Assembly: GCA_050013255.1 (NCBI GenBank) | Contig: JBEKFP010000001.1 | Location: 256,001 to 320,000 of the forward strand | DNA length: 64,000 nucleotides | Direction: 5' to 3' | From: Candidatus Bathyarchaeia archaeon | GTDB lineage: Archaea; Thermoproteota; Bathyarchaeia; 40CM-2-53-6 | Part shown: positions 55,516 through 64,000 of the stretch, piece after piece | Layout of the letters: each line of letters opens with the position of its first letter | How positions within the stretch are numbered: the stretch's first letter is position 1 | Translations under genes and position numbers: made by a program | The notes under the pieces: model-generated | The model's input: the letters and a program-made list of their open reading frames with translations, nothing else | Databases searched by the model: none | Told to the model about the DNA's origin: nothing

Positions 55516-55899
55516 ATCAACCAGCCGCTAGAGTGACATCTACCATGGTGCAAAGCTGGGAAACCTAAAGGAACTCTTGACTAAACGTATCAAATCTCAA
55601 AACCCACCCGTAATCAAATTGATAATAACTAGCTACCTTATCTCGGAAAGTGCGACAGAATAAACTGCAACCTAATGGAACCACCTAATGGGAAGAGGGA
55701 TAATTCTAGCTGTCTAGGATTATATCCCAGTTCCCATTGCGTCACGTTGAAGCTTCCGAACACACCGCGGGTTCTCCCCTCAGGCTTCGCACGCCCTTAG
55801 GTGTAAGGAACCGGCGTAGGCCCTGACATTTTTCAATAGACTGTTGGCTTATTATACGACCATCCAAAGCCTTCCCTACTGCACGGAAGTGAAAATCTG

Positions 55900-57057
55900 T
55901 TGGCGAAGAAGTTCAAACGGATTGACACCAAACTCATCCATGCTGGCGAACCCGAACCACGCATTATGGGCGCGGTTAGCATGCCGATATTTCAGTCGGC
56001 AATGTTTGAATATTCTGGCGAGACAAGCTACCACGACCTCAAATACATTCGCTTGAACAACACCCCAAACCATACGGCGCTCCACGAAAAGTTGGCAGCC
56101 CTCGAAAACGCTGAAACCGCATTGGTCACAGCCAGCGGGATGGCAGCCATCTCAACGACCTTACTGTCGATTCTCTCCACAGGCGACCATTTGCTTTCCC
56201 AAAACTGCCTATACGGAGGAACACACGATTTTGTAACGAAGGATTTCCGCACATTCGGCATATCTTACGATTTCATTGACGCTAACGACCCAGAGTCGTG
56301 GAAGAAAAAGCTGCGGCCAAATACCAAGGCAATTTACGTAGAAACGATAACAAACCCTACGATGCAGGTTGCCGACCACAAGGCGATCGTCAAATTTGCA
56401 AAAGCTAACGGGCTGGTAACGCTAATCGACAACACCTTCGCGAGCCCGATCAACTTCCGTCCAACAGAATGGGGCTTCGACCTATCCCTGCACAGTTGTA
56501 CAAAGTATCTGAACGGCCATTCCGACATCGTTGCCGGCGCGGTCATAGGCCGCGCAGAATTGGTTGAGAAGGTCAAGCATAAGCTCGATCATCTAGGCGG
56601 TTCGCTCGACCCTCACGCCTGCTTTCTACTCCATAGAGGAATCAAAACGCTTGGAGTTAGGGTCAGGTACCAGAACGAGAGCGCAATCAAGATCGCAAAA
56701 TTCCTGTATGAACATCCGGCTGTCGAGAAAGTCAACTACCCAGGCCTCGAAACACACCCGCAGTACTCGAGAGCAAGAGAACTCTTTGACGGTTTCGGAG
56801 GTATGTTAAGCTTCGAACTCAAGGGCGGGGTTGCGGCAGCGCGCCGCTTCATGGGTCACACGACGCTACCCGTAATAGCGCCCAGCCTTGGAGGCGTAGA
56901 AACCTTACTCACCCTACCAGCCACTACATCACACTCCGGAATGTCCGCAGAAGACCGAAAGGCACTTGGCATCTCAGACGGGCTCATCCGCATGTCAGTT
57001 GGAATAGAAGCAACCGAAGACATAATCGAGGATTTCCAACAGGCTCTCGGTAACTAG
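55900..57057 (+). CDS. Cys/Met metabolism PLP enzyme (cystathionine gamma-lyase/synthase family)
   Basis: ASGMAAI, LYGGT, IDNTFASP, HSCTKYLNGHSD, SLGGVETL. Confidence 0.93.
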   Translation: MAKKFKRIDTKLIHAGEPEPRIMGAVSMPIFQSAMFEYSGETSYHDLKYIRLNNTPNHTALHEKLAALENAETALVTASGMAAISTTLLSILSTGDHLLSQNCLYGGTHDFVTKDFRTFGISYDFIDANDPESWKKKLRPNTKAIYVETITNPTMQVADHKAIVKFAKANGLVTLIDNTFASPINFRPTEWGFDLSLHSCTKYLNGHSDIVAGAVIGRAELVEKVKHKLDHLGGSLDPHACFLLHRGIKTLGVRVRYQNESAIKIAKFLYEHPAVEKVNYPGLETHPQYSRARELFDGFGGMLSFELKGGVAAARRFMGHTTLPVIAPSLGGVETLLTLPATTSHSGMSAEDRKALGISDGLIRMSVGIEATEDIIEDFQQALGN

Positions 57058-57109
57058 GAACTAGACGTTAAAATGCCCGTCGTCCGAATTCATTTCTCTC
57101 GAGATCAAT

Positions 57110-57910
57110 TTGACAACAAGTAGGACGAATGAAAGAAGAACCGCTCTAATTACGGGCGCGTCTAGCGGGATCGGCTTGGAACTCACCAAGCTCTTCGCCC
57201 GGGACGGGTACAACCTAGTGGTTGTAGCGAGAAATCACGAGGCTCTAACCCAACTTGGAAATGACTTGGAAGAGAAAAACGGGGTTTCCGTGAAGGCCAT
57301 TGCGAAGGATCTTTCCTCCCCTTCGGCTCCACAGGAGATCTATGATGAACTCCAAAAGTTATCGGTGAAGGTTGACGTTCTCGTCAACTGCGCAGGCTTC
57401 GGATCATTAGGTCCCTTCTCAGACATGGATCTCCCCACGGAAATTAACATGATAGAAGTTAACATCGTGGCGTTGACGAAACTGACCAAACTTTTCCTGA
57501 AGGACATGCTGCTGAAGCGGCAGGGAGGAGTTTTGAATGTTGCATCCACAGCCGCCTTCCAACCAGGCCCTTTTATGGCGGTCTATTACGCAACGAAAGC
57601 TTACGTCTTATCCTTCTCTGAAGCTCTTGCTGAAGAAATCCGGGAGTCCGGAGTTGTCGTAACAGCCCTTTGCCCAGGACCCACGAGAACTGACTTTCAA
57701 AGCAAGTCTGGTACAGAGCAATCGAGGCTTTTCAGAAGCAGGGGGATTTTGGGTGCCGAGACGGTGGCGAGAGCCGGATATGAGGGTTTCAAGAACAAGG
57801 AGACAGTGATTATTCCGGGGTTCATAAACAGGCTGCGCGCCCTGGACGTGAGATTAGCTCCAAGGGACTGGGTAACAAAAGTTGCGCGAAGAATGAATGA
57901 AAAAGTGTAG
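57110..57910 (+). CDS. Short-chain dehydrogenase/reductase (DltE-like)
   Basis: TGASSGIG, NVASTAAFQPGP, YYATK, LCPGPT. Confidence 0.92.
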   Translation: MTTSRTNERRTALITGASSGIGLELTKLFARDGYNLVVVARNHEALTQLGNDLEEKNGVSVKAIAKDLSSPSAPQEIYDELQKLSVKVDVLVNCAGFGSLGPFSDMDLPTEINMIEVNIVALTKLTKLFLKDMLLKRQGGVLNVASTAAFQPGPFMAVYYATKAYVLSFSEALAEEIRESGVVVTALCPGPTRTDFQSKSGTEQSRLFRSRGILGAETVARAGYEGFKNKETVIIPGFINRLRALDVRLAPRDWVTKVARRMNEKV

Positions 57911-57913
57911 CGC

Positions 57914-58321
57914 TCACTGAGAATCTTCATGGACGCTGTCAGGCACTATCTCATGCAGAAGTCGGTCTCCGTGGCTGTTGAAAACTCCGATGTCACTGTA
58001 CGTTTGGAAGGGGTAAGCTATGATTACCATAATTCTTCCGTAGAAGTGGTTTATGTCATGCATTGAAGGCTGATTAGAACCGGAAGGGTGCGAATGCGAA
58101 ACGCCCATTATGCTTAGGTCCATTGGTAGCATTGTGCTCGAGAAGCTGGAAAAACCACGCCCATGCGTCGCGAGAGGCGGAATCAAAACTTCGTTGATCA
58201 ACATCCCGTCTTTGCCCGCTTTACCGCGAAGTAGAAGGATTGCCTCCTTCGGGTACGCGTCTATTGCATAGCTGAGAAGGCTGTCCGCAACAGACTTCTC
58301 GAATCGAACGAGGCTAATCAT
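57914..58321 (-). CDS. JAMM/MPN+ metalloprotease
   Basis: YPKE...HSHPSG...S..D intact JAMM motif; likely start at ATG 58321. Confidence 0.9.
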   Translation of the reverse strand: MISLVRFEKSVADSLLSYAIDAYPKEAILLLRGKAGKDGMLINEVLIPPLATHGRGFSSFSSTMLPMDLSIMGVSHSHPSGSNQPSMHDINHFYGRIMVIIAYPFQTYSDIGVFNSHGDRLLHEIVPDSVHEDSQ

Positions 58322-58613
58322 TGCAAGGGGAACCTGTCCTAACAGTTGCTTCGAGACTTGATTACGCTTGCTGTTGTGCAAGTTGGACTGCGAAGTATGC
58401 CAGGAGGCCAAGGTAAAGCGCAAGCTCCAATGTGTCAGGTAACAAGTAACTGAACGACCTCGCGTTAGTAGCTACCCACTCCACTATGTTGCCAAACTTA
58501 TGGCGACTGCTGGTTAATGAACTACGCCCCGTAGTTGATATTGTCTTCGAAGGAATATATAACAAGGCTGGATAAATCATCCTCAGTGTCCATCAAAGAG
58601 ATGAGACGGTATC

Positions 58614-58826
58614 TTGAGTCAGAAGAGGCGCGTGTCGGCTCTTGCCTACGTGTTGACCGCTGTGGGTATATTGGGAATCGTTATTTCTCTTGTCATAGAA
58701 CAATCCGATTACGACCCAGTTGCGTTTGGAATCGCCACCATTTCGATTCTGATAGCGATAGCAGGCCTCGCCCTTGCCTTCAAAGTTCCAGCTGGCATTG
58801 ACCAGCCGAAAGAAGGCGCTCCTTAA
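58614..58826 (+). CDS. Small 2-TM membrane protein
   Basis: Two hydrophobic helices, 70 aa. Confidence 0.6.
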   Translation: MSQKRRVSALAYVLTAVGILGIVISLVIEQSDYDPVAFGIATISILIAIAGLALAFKVPAGIDQPKEGAP

Positions 58827-58991
58827 GGGAATCCAACAATCGCTCTGCCCTCGTCCCCTGCACTAAACCAGTCAAGGCAAGGCCATTCCGGACACCCTCA
58901 ACCGCAGAGTCCATCTCTGTTATGGTGAATATTTGAGGTTGTGAAGAGTTTTTTTGAGAGGATGAGTTTGGCGTAGGTTCGTGTCGAGACC

Positions 58992-60428
58992 GTGCAGTAT
59001 CGGTGGGTTGTCCTTTCAGTAACGACAGTCGGCATCTTCATGGCCGGCCTTGATACGCGAATAGTACTGATCGGCCTTCCCACGATAGCTGAATCGCTCC
59101 GAACAGACCTTGAGACGTTGCTATGGGTGACGCAGGGCTATCAAATCGCGATAACTATTGGCCTGCTCTTTCTCGGTCGGTTCACTGACATCTTTGGGCG
59201 GGTGAAGGTTTACAATCTGGGTTTTGCGATTTTCACCGTCGGTTCGGGGCTTTGCGTTTTTGCTCAAACGGGGAACCAGCTCATAATTTTCCGCATTATC
59301 CAAGGCGTGGGGGCGGCCATGTTGATCACTAATAGCGCCGCCCTAATCACCGATGCCTCGCCGGCGGCGGAGCTTGGGTTTTTCCTTGGAGTTAACCAAA
59401 TTGCGTTCACGCTTGGTGCTGTCCTTGGGTTGACGGTGGGCGGTGTCTTGATCGACACGGTAGGGTGGAGAAGCATATTCACACTAAACGTTCCCATCGG
59501 AATCTTCGCCACTCTCTGGGCTCACCTCCGCCTGAAGGAAACTGCCCAGACCGAAAAGCATGCTGGCTTTGACTATTCGGGCCTCTTCCTATTCACGACT
59601 TCCTTGACATTGCTTCTGGTGGTCATCAGCTTACAGACTATGGCCGCAATAGATAACATCGAAGCCGCGGTCCTTTATCTCATCAGCATAGTTACATTTG
59701 CACTCTTTCTCTACGTCGAACCGCGCATGGCTGAACCGATTCTGGATATGCGGCTGTTCAAGATTCGGCTCTTTTCGGCAGGGAACGTTAGTCAATTCTT
59801 GTATTCTCTCGGTTTTGGCTCTCTAAGCCTTATCATAATTCTGTACTTTGAACTGATCCGCGGATTTGATGCCCTCACGGCCGGGCTTCTCTTTCTCCCA
59901 TTAGATGTGGCTTTCGTCACCATCGCCCCAATAAGCGGGAAACTTTCTGATCGGTACGGAACACGCTGGCTAGCCACTCTAGGTATGGCCGTGGGAACCG
60001 TTGGTTACGTTGCCCTCGCATTTCTTCTCAACACAACAACCCCGCTAGTACAGATAGAGCTCATTCTCATTTTGGTCGGCCTCGGTCTGGGGCTCTTCTC
60101 ATCTCCAAACATTAGCGCAGTGATGGGCTCTGTTCCCCCTCAACGGCGTGGGGTTGCTTCAGGAATCAGAGCAACGGTCTTCAATACGGGTAGTGTCGTA
60201 AGCATCGGCCTCGTAGCGTACATAATCACGACGGCTATACCGTACCAAGTTGTCTCCGGCATAATTACTGGCGGCTACACGACCCTTACGTCTGGAGAGG
60301 CGTTAGGGTTTGTGAGCGGTATCGGGCGTGCGTTTCTTGTAGCCGCTGTAATCACCTTCGTAGGAATGTTCGCATCCAGCCTACGCGGACCTGAAACGAA
60401 AACACATACAGACCTCAGCACAAAATGA
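58992..60428 (+). CDS. MFS drug:H+ antiporter (DHA2/EmrB-QacA-like)
   Basis: GRFTDIFGRVK, RIIQGVG, WRSIFTLNVPIG; about 14 TM helices. Confidence 0.92.
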   Translation: MQYRWVVLSVTTVGIFMAGLDTRIVLIGLPTIAESLRTDLETLLWVTQGYQIAITIGLLFLGRFTDIFGRVKVYNLGFAIFTVGSGLCVFAQTGNQLIIFRIIQGVGAAMLITNSAALITDASPAAELGFFLGVNQIAFTLGAVLGLTVGGVLIDTVGWRSIFTLNVPIGIFATLWAHLRLKETAQTEKHAGFDYSGLFLFTTSLTLLLVVISLQTMAAIDNIEAAVLYLISIVTFALFLYVEPRMAEPILDMRLFKIRLFSAGNVSQFLYSLGFGSLSLIIILYFELIRGFDALTAGLLFLPLDVAFVTIAPISGKLSDRYGTRWLATLGMAVGTVGYVALAFLLNTTTPLVQIELILILVGLGLGLFSSPNISAVMGSVPPQRRGVASGIRATVFNTGSVVSIGLVAYIITTAIPYQVVSGIITGGYTTLTSGEALGFVSGIGRAFLVAAVITFVGMFASSLRGPETKTHTDLSTK

Positions 60429-60456
60429 TTTTGAAACACCCAACCGGCACTTGACC

Positions 60457-60945
60457 CTAGCTCTCGCTTATGTCAGCAATCTTTGGGCTCAGAATGGCAA
60501 CCATGTCTCTGGTCCTGACCTCCAGTAGCTTGTTAACGTCTCCCCCACCAACTATTGCTGTTTCCTTCTCGAGAACTTGAGGGTCCAGCAGAATACGAAT
60601 GATGTTGCTGAAGGGTGGCACACCTCCGGCAGGGTACCCCGAATGCCTTAGCACTTCTTCGGGGGTAGCGAGCCGCACATCCCTGACAGCGAGCATGCGC
60701 TTGAGTTTCTTGTGGCTGACTTTGCTCTTCGCCGGCACAATTGCAAGTAATGAATCGCCTGCTGAGTCAACCATCACGATGGATTTGGCTATTTTCTCCA
60801 CCTGAACCTTTCTGCCGGCCTGTTCAACCGTCTTCACGGGCTCGCTGAACTCGATGAAGCGGTGCCACACGTTCTTGGAGCTGAGGACGAGTTCAAGTTT
60901 CTCAGAGTAGCTCAATGCTGGCGTCTTCTCCGCATGAAAGGCCAT
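60457..60945 (-). CDS. YbaK/EbsC aminoacyl-tRNA deacylase family protein
   Basis: IAKSIV, GYPAGGVPPF, VGGG. Confidence 0.88.
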   Translation of the reverse strand: MAFHAEKTPALSYSEKLELVLSSKNVWHRFIEFSEPVKTVEQAGRKVQVEKIAKSIVMVDSAGDSLLAIVPAKSKVSHKKLKRMLAVRDVRLATPEEVLRHSGYPAGGVPPFSNIIRILLDPQVLEKETAIVGGGDVNKLLEVRTRDMVAILSPKIADISES

Positions 60946-61066
60946 CGGAGGAACCCGCTTCCCGAATCTCAGCGATTAAAGTAAACGTATTGCCTAAGCA
61001 AATTGGGAGAACTCGAAAGCCGTATAGCTAATAGCGCATGAACCTTCATCTTGTAAGGTGAGTTGA

Positions 61067-61471
61067 ATGCCGCCTCGCAAAGGGCTAACAGCTGCGGACA
61101 TTATGACTGAACGTGTCGTGACCGGTGGGCCACACGACGGCCTCTGGAGAATCGCTAATGAGATGCAACGTCACAATATTGGGTCGGTCGTGATCGCGGA
61201 GAAGGGAAAGATACTTGGCATATTGACAGAGAGGGATTTTGTTCGAATAGTCGAACACGTAGGGGCTTTGCTTGAGAAAAATCTAGCTATACACCACATG
61301 TCCAAGCCCGTTCTTACCGTGCAATCGGACGCCTCGGTGGCGGACGTCATCAAGCTCATGCGTGAGAATCATGTTAGGCATTTGATTGTGCTAAACAAAG
61401 CTGGTGAAGTTGCAGGCATAATAAGCTCGCGGGACTTGATGAAGGTCGCAGCGGACGTTATGTCAGTATAA
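61067..61471 (+). CDS. CBS-domain pair protein
   Basis: GILTERDF, VRHLIV, GIISSRDL. Confidence 0.9.
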   Translation: MPPRKGLTAADIMTERVVTGGPHDGLWRIANEMQRHNIGSVVIAEKGKILGILTERDFVRIVEHVGALLEKNLAIHHMSKPVLTVQSDASVADVIKLMRENHVRHLIVLNKAGEVAGIISSRDLMKVAADVMSV

Positions 61472-61591
61472 CAAGATTCCTCGTTGATGCGCGGCCAAAC
61501 GCTCCTTCAAGGACATGAAGAAGTTTTGTGCTTACTCTCGATTATTTCGAAGCGTATTGATGATTGATTCCAAATTGAAGTAGCGTTTCGC

Positions 61592-62056
61592 TTATGTAAA
61601 TTCGGCCACGGTTGGATTGGCTAGCTTGGTGAGGGCTTGCGTACTAATCTTCACGCTCTTCGTGTGCGAGCCAGGGTTGAAGTACACATATTCCTGGCGC
61701 AAGATCGCACTATCAAACAACGTTTCGAGGTTAATGATGTTTCCCAGCGGGTAGACGCAGCCCACTGAGCATTGCGCAATCTCTTCTGCTTCCATCTTCG
61801 GGGCCAAGATGACAGGTGCTCCCTTGGTGACCAGGCCTAACCTGTGGAAGTCAATCTTCCTGTTCCCTGGGAGAACGGCGAGCAAGTAGGTCCCGTCGCT
61901 CTTCTTCACTATCATTGACTTGGCTATGTGGGCTTCATCGGTCTTCAGGAAATTCGCCATCTGGGGGCAGGTGTATACGGAGTCGTGTTCGAAGACCTCG
62001 TATTCTATTCCATGCGCCTTGAGCGCAGACAGGATTTTTTCTTCTACCTCAGTCAT
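61592..62056 (-). CDS. YbaK/ProX-family aminoacyl-tRNA editing domain protein
   Basis: IAKSMIVK, GCVYPLG, FNPGSHT.SV. Confidence 0.85.
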   Translation of the reverse strand: MTEVEEKILSALKAHGIEYEVFEHDSVYTCPQMANFLKTDEAHIAKSMIVKKSDGTYLLAVLPGNRKIDFHRLGLVTKGAPVILAPKMEAEEIAQCSVGCVYPLGNIINLETLFDSAILRQEYVYFNPGSHTKSVKISTQALTKLANPTVAEFT

Positions 62057-62062
62057 GTAGGC

Positions 62063-63676
62063 CTAGTTCACGATCCACCGTGATTGTTCGCGCATGAATT
62101 GCTGCACGTAATTCGGACCTAACCCGCTTTTGCCGGTAGACCCGCTGCCTTTCCATCCCCCGAAGGAGTTGACCCCGGGCCATGCACCAGTCGTCGCGCC
62201 TGCGCGCCTATTCGCGTAAGTTACTCCAGCCTGAATTTGGTCGAAGAATGTTTGCATTTCCTTCTTGTCCTTCGTGTAGATTCCGGCGCAGAGTCCGAAC
62301 TCGCTCTCGTTCGCAAGTCTCAGGGCTTCATCGAAAGATTCTACGCCTGCGACCACCACGAACGGTACGAACAATTCTTCCTTGAAGAGGCGGTGAGTTG
62401 TCGGTAGGCCGTCAACGATCGCTGGTTCGACGAAGTAGCCGTTTCCGTACTCGGCAGCCTGTGGTGTGCTGCCCCCGCTGATGAATTTCGCGCCATCTCG
62501 CTTTGCCTCCTCTGCCGCCCGCTGGTATGTTTCGACGGCGGCTTTGTTGATTATTGGCCCCAGGAATGTCTCTTTGCGCGTGGGGTCGCCTACCTTCACG
62601 TATTTCTGGGTGTAGTCTCTCAGAAGTTCTAAGAACTTGCTCTTGACACGTTGGTCGACGTATACGCGGGAACAGGCGCTGCATTTCTGCCCTCCGAAAC
62701 CGAAGGCTGCACGCATGACCCCTTCCGCAGCTTGGCCTAGATCTGCGTTAGCGGTGACTATGGCTGGGTTCTTGCCCCCCATCTCGGCTATGACGGGCTT
62801 GGGGTAGTCCTTTGCGAAGTGGTGGTACACTTGCATTCCCACATCCTTTGAGCCCGTGAAGACGAGCCCATCAACCCCAGGGTTGTCCTGCAACTCGGCC
62901 CCCACGGTCGCACCCGGTCCAGTTACAAAATTGTATACGCCTCGTGGGACGCCGGCGTCAACGAAGGCTCTGCAGAGCTCATATCCTAGAAGTGGAGAGT
63001 CGCTTGAGGGTTTGAAAACGGCTGTGTTACCGGCGGCGAGGACGCCCGTAGACATGCCAGTGGTCAATGCGAGGGGGAAGTTCCAGGGGCCGATAACAGC
63101 CCAGACTCCAAACGGTCGAAGCATGCTCTCTGTCTCCTGTCCTGGTCCCGGCGATTCAAGTGGCCGCAAGAAGGCTTTGTTAATTTCCATCTGCTCGCAG
63201 TAGTATCGAACCAGCTCAGCGGCTTCGTGAACCTCCGCTAACGATTCGGCGCGGTTCTTCCCGACTTCGAAGGCCATCCAAGCTGAGAGCTCGAATCGCC
63301 TTTCAATCATCAAGTCAGCGGCTTTGCGTAGGATCCCAATGCGGTCCTTGTATGGAGTCGCGGCCCATTTTGGATACGCTTCTCTAGCTGCTGCAATTGC
63401 AGCTTTTACATCGTCGCTGGTTCCCTTCGGAAAGTAGCTCACGATAATGCGGGTATCTATGGGGCAAACATGGACCATCTCTTCACCGGTCGCTGCCCGC
63501 TTCTCCCCGTTGATGAACATCTGGTAGTGGTTGCCAAGCTTGGCTCTTGCTTGTTCAACTGCCTCGTCGTACGCCTTGTCGTCCTCAGGTGTGACCTTAA
63601 GCGTTGCGTACGTAATTCGAGGTACTTTCGCCGACGCCTTACTTTTCGTCTTACTCTTCGTTTTCTTACGTCCCAT
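62063..63676 (-). CDS. Aldehyde dehydrogenase (1-pyrroline-5-carboxylate dehydrogenase-like)
   Basis: PWNFP, AEMGGKN, FGFGGQKCSACSR, EELF.P, FGGWKGSG. Confidence 0.88.
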   Translation of the reverse strand: MGRKKTKSKTKSKASAKVPRITYATLKVTPEDDKAYDEAVEQARAKLGNHYQMFINGEKRAATGEEMVHVCPIDTRIIVSYFPKGTSDDVKAAIAAAREAYPKWAATPYKDRIGILRKAADLMIERRFELSAWMAFEVGKNRAESLAEVHEAAELVRYYCEQMEINKAFLRPLESPGPGQETESMLRPFGVWAVIGPWNFPLALTTGMSTGVLAAGNTAVFKPSSDSPLLGYELCRAFVDAGVPRGVYNFVTGPGATVGAELQDNPGVDGLVFTGSKDVGMQVYHHFAKDYPKPVIAEMGGKNPAIVTANADLGQAAEGVMRAAFGFGGQKCSACSRVYVDQRVKSKFLELLRDYTQKYVKVGDPTRKETFLGPIINKAAVETYQRAAEEAKRDGAKFISGGSTPQAAEYGNGYFVEPAIVDGLPTTHRLFKEELFVPFVVVAGVESFDEALRLANESEFGLCAGIYTKDKKEMQTFFDQIQAGVTYANRRAGATTGAWPGVNSFGGWKGSGSTGKSGLGPNYVQQFMREQSRWIVN

Positions 63677-63813
63677 TCATAATTCCCTCACAACCAGTTC
63701 AGTTCTGATTACTTAACGGGCCTCTTTTACATTACTGTGAGATGAGGGTGGTAGCGCTTGGTCGGCGTGAACTTCATTCTCCGCAAACTATTGCCAGTTC
63801 TAAGCATAGTTGA

Positions 63814-64000
63814 TCACGAAGCCTGCACGCCCAGGTAAAGCCTGCCAAGTTCCTTGTGTTCGAGGAGTTCACGAGCAGTTCCTTCGAAAGCATTTTTTCC
63901 GCCAACGAGTAGATAAGCAACGTCACCTATCTCCAAGGCGCGCCTTGCGTTTTGTTCTGCAAGGAGTATGGTTAGGCCGATGTCTTTGGCAAGTGACGAA
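63814..64000 (-). CDS. Branched-chain amino acid ABC transporter ATPase (LivF-like), C-terminal fragment at window edge
   Basis: Manual translation: GLTILLAEQNARRALEIGDVAYLLVGGKNAFEGTARELL..LGRLYLG*. Confidence 0.85.
   Translation of the reverse strand, partial: SSLAKDIGLTILLAEQNARRALEIGDVAYLLVGGKNAFEGTARELLEHKELGRLYLGVQAS

Noticed and set aside
58362-58580. 72-aa minus-strand ORF with a hydrophobic C-terminus
   Set aside because: May hide a membrane peptide of about 27 aa upstream of the JAMM gene, but the start and coding status cannot be supported.

Overview
Archaeal chromosomal window, most likely from a TACK-lineage archaeon (Bathyarchaeia/Nitrososphaerota-like). The lineage call rests on an unsplit Rpo1 (A'+A'' fused) and unsplit Rpo2 in an rpo5-rpo2-rpo1-rpl30e-nusA operon. 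Most of the window is housekeeping and metabolic genes: MsrA, SufS/SufU, SOD, acyl-CoA enzymes, ALDHs, IlvE, HisS, citrate synthase, MtnA, Dcd, transporters, and an ArsR-DsrE2-TusA-SQR-OsmC sulfur cluster. No CRISPR array, integrase or transposase was seen. The striking content is non-coding or very small. (1) All six tRNA genes carry bulge-helix-bulge (BHB) introns, 15 in total by manual parsing, including a tRNA-Lys(UUU) with four introns and a tRNA-Asp(GUC) with an intron inside the 3' strand of the acceptor stem (68/69); a non-catalytic splicing-endonuclease subunit is also encoded here. (2) A signal-peptide-bearing 72-aa precursor has two identical KALLGDGTGGGGHG cores differing only at synonymous sites, directly upstream of a tandem Lrp/AsnC-like regulator (candidate archaeal peptide-signalling/RiPP-like module). 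(3) An unannotated ~375-nt densely base-paired RNA candidate lies at 6262-6636. (4) A riboswitch-like leader precedes a CbrT-like ECF S-component. (5) There are tRNA-3'-end-derived repeats and a degenerate tRNA-like element. All calls are by-eye motif recognition without database searches.
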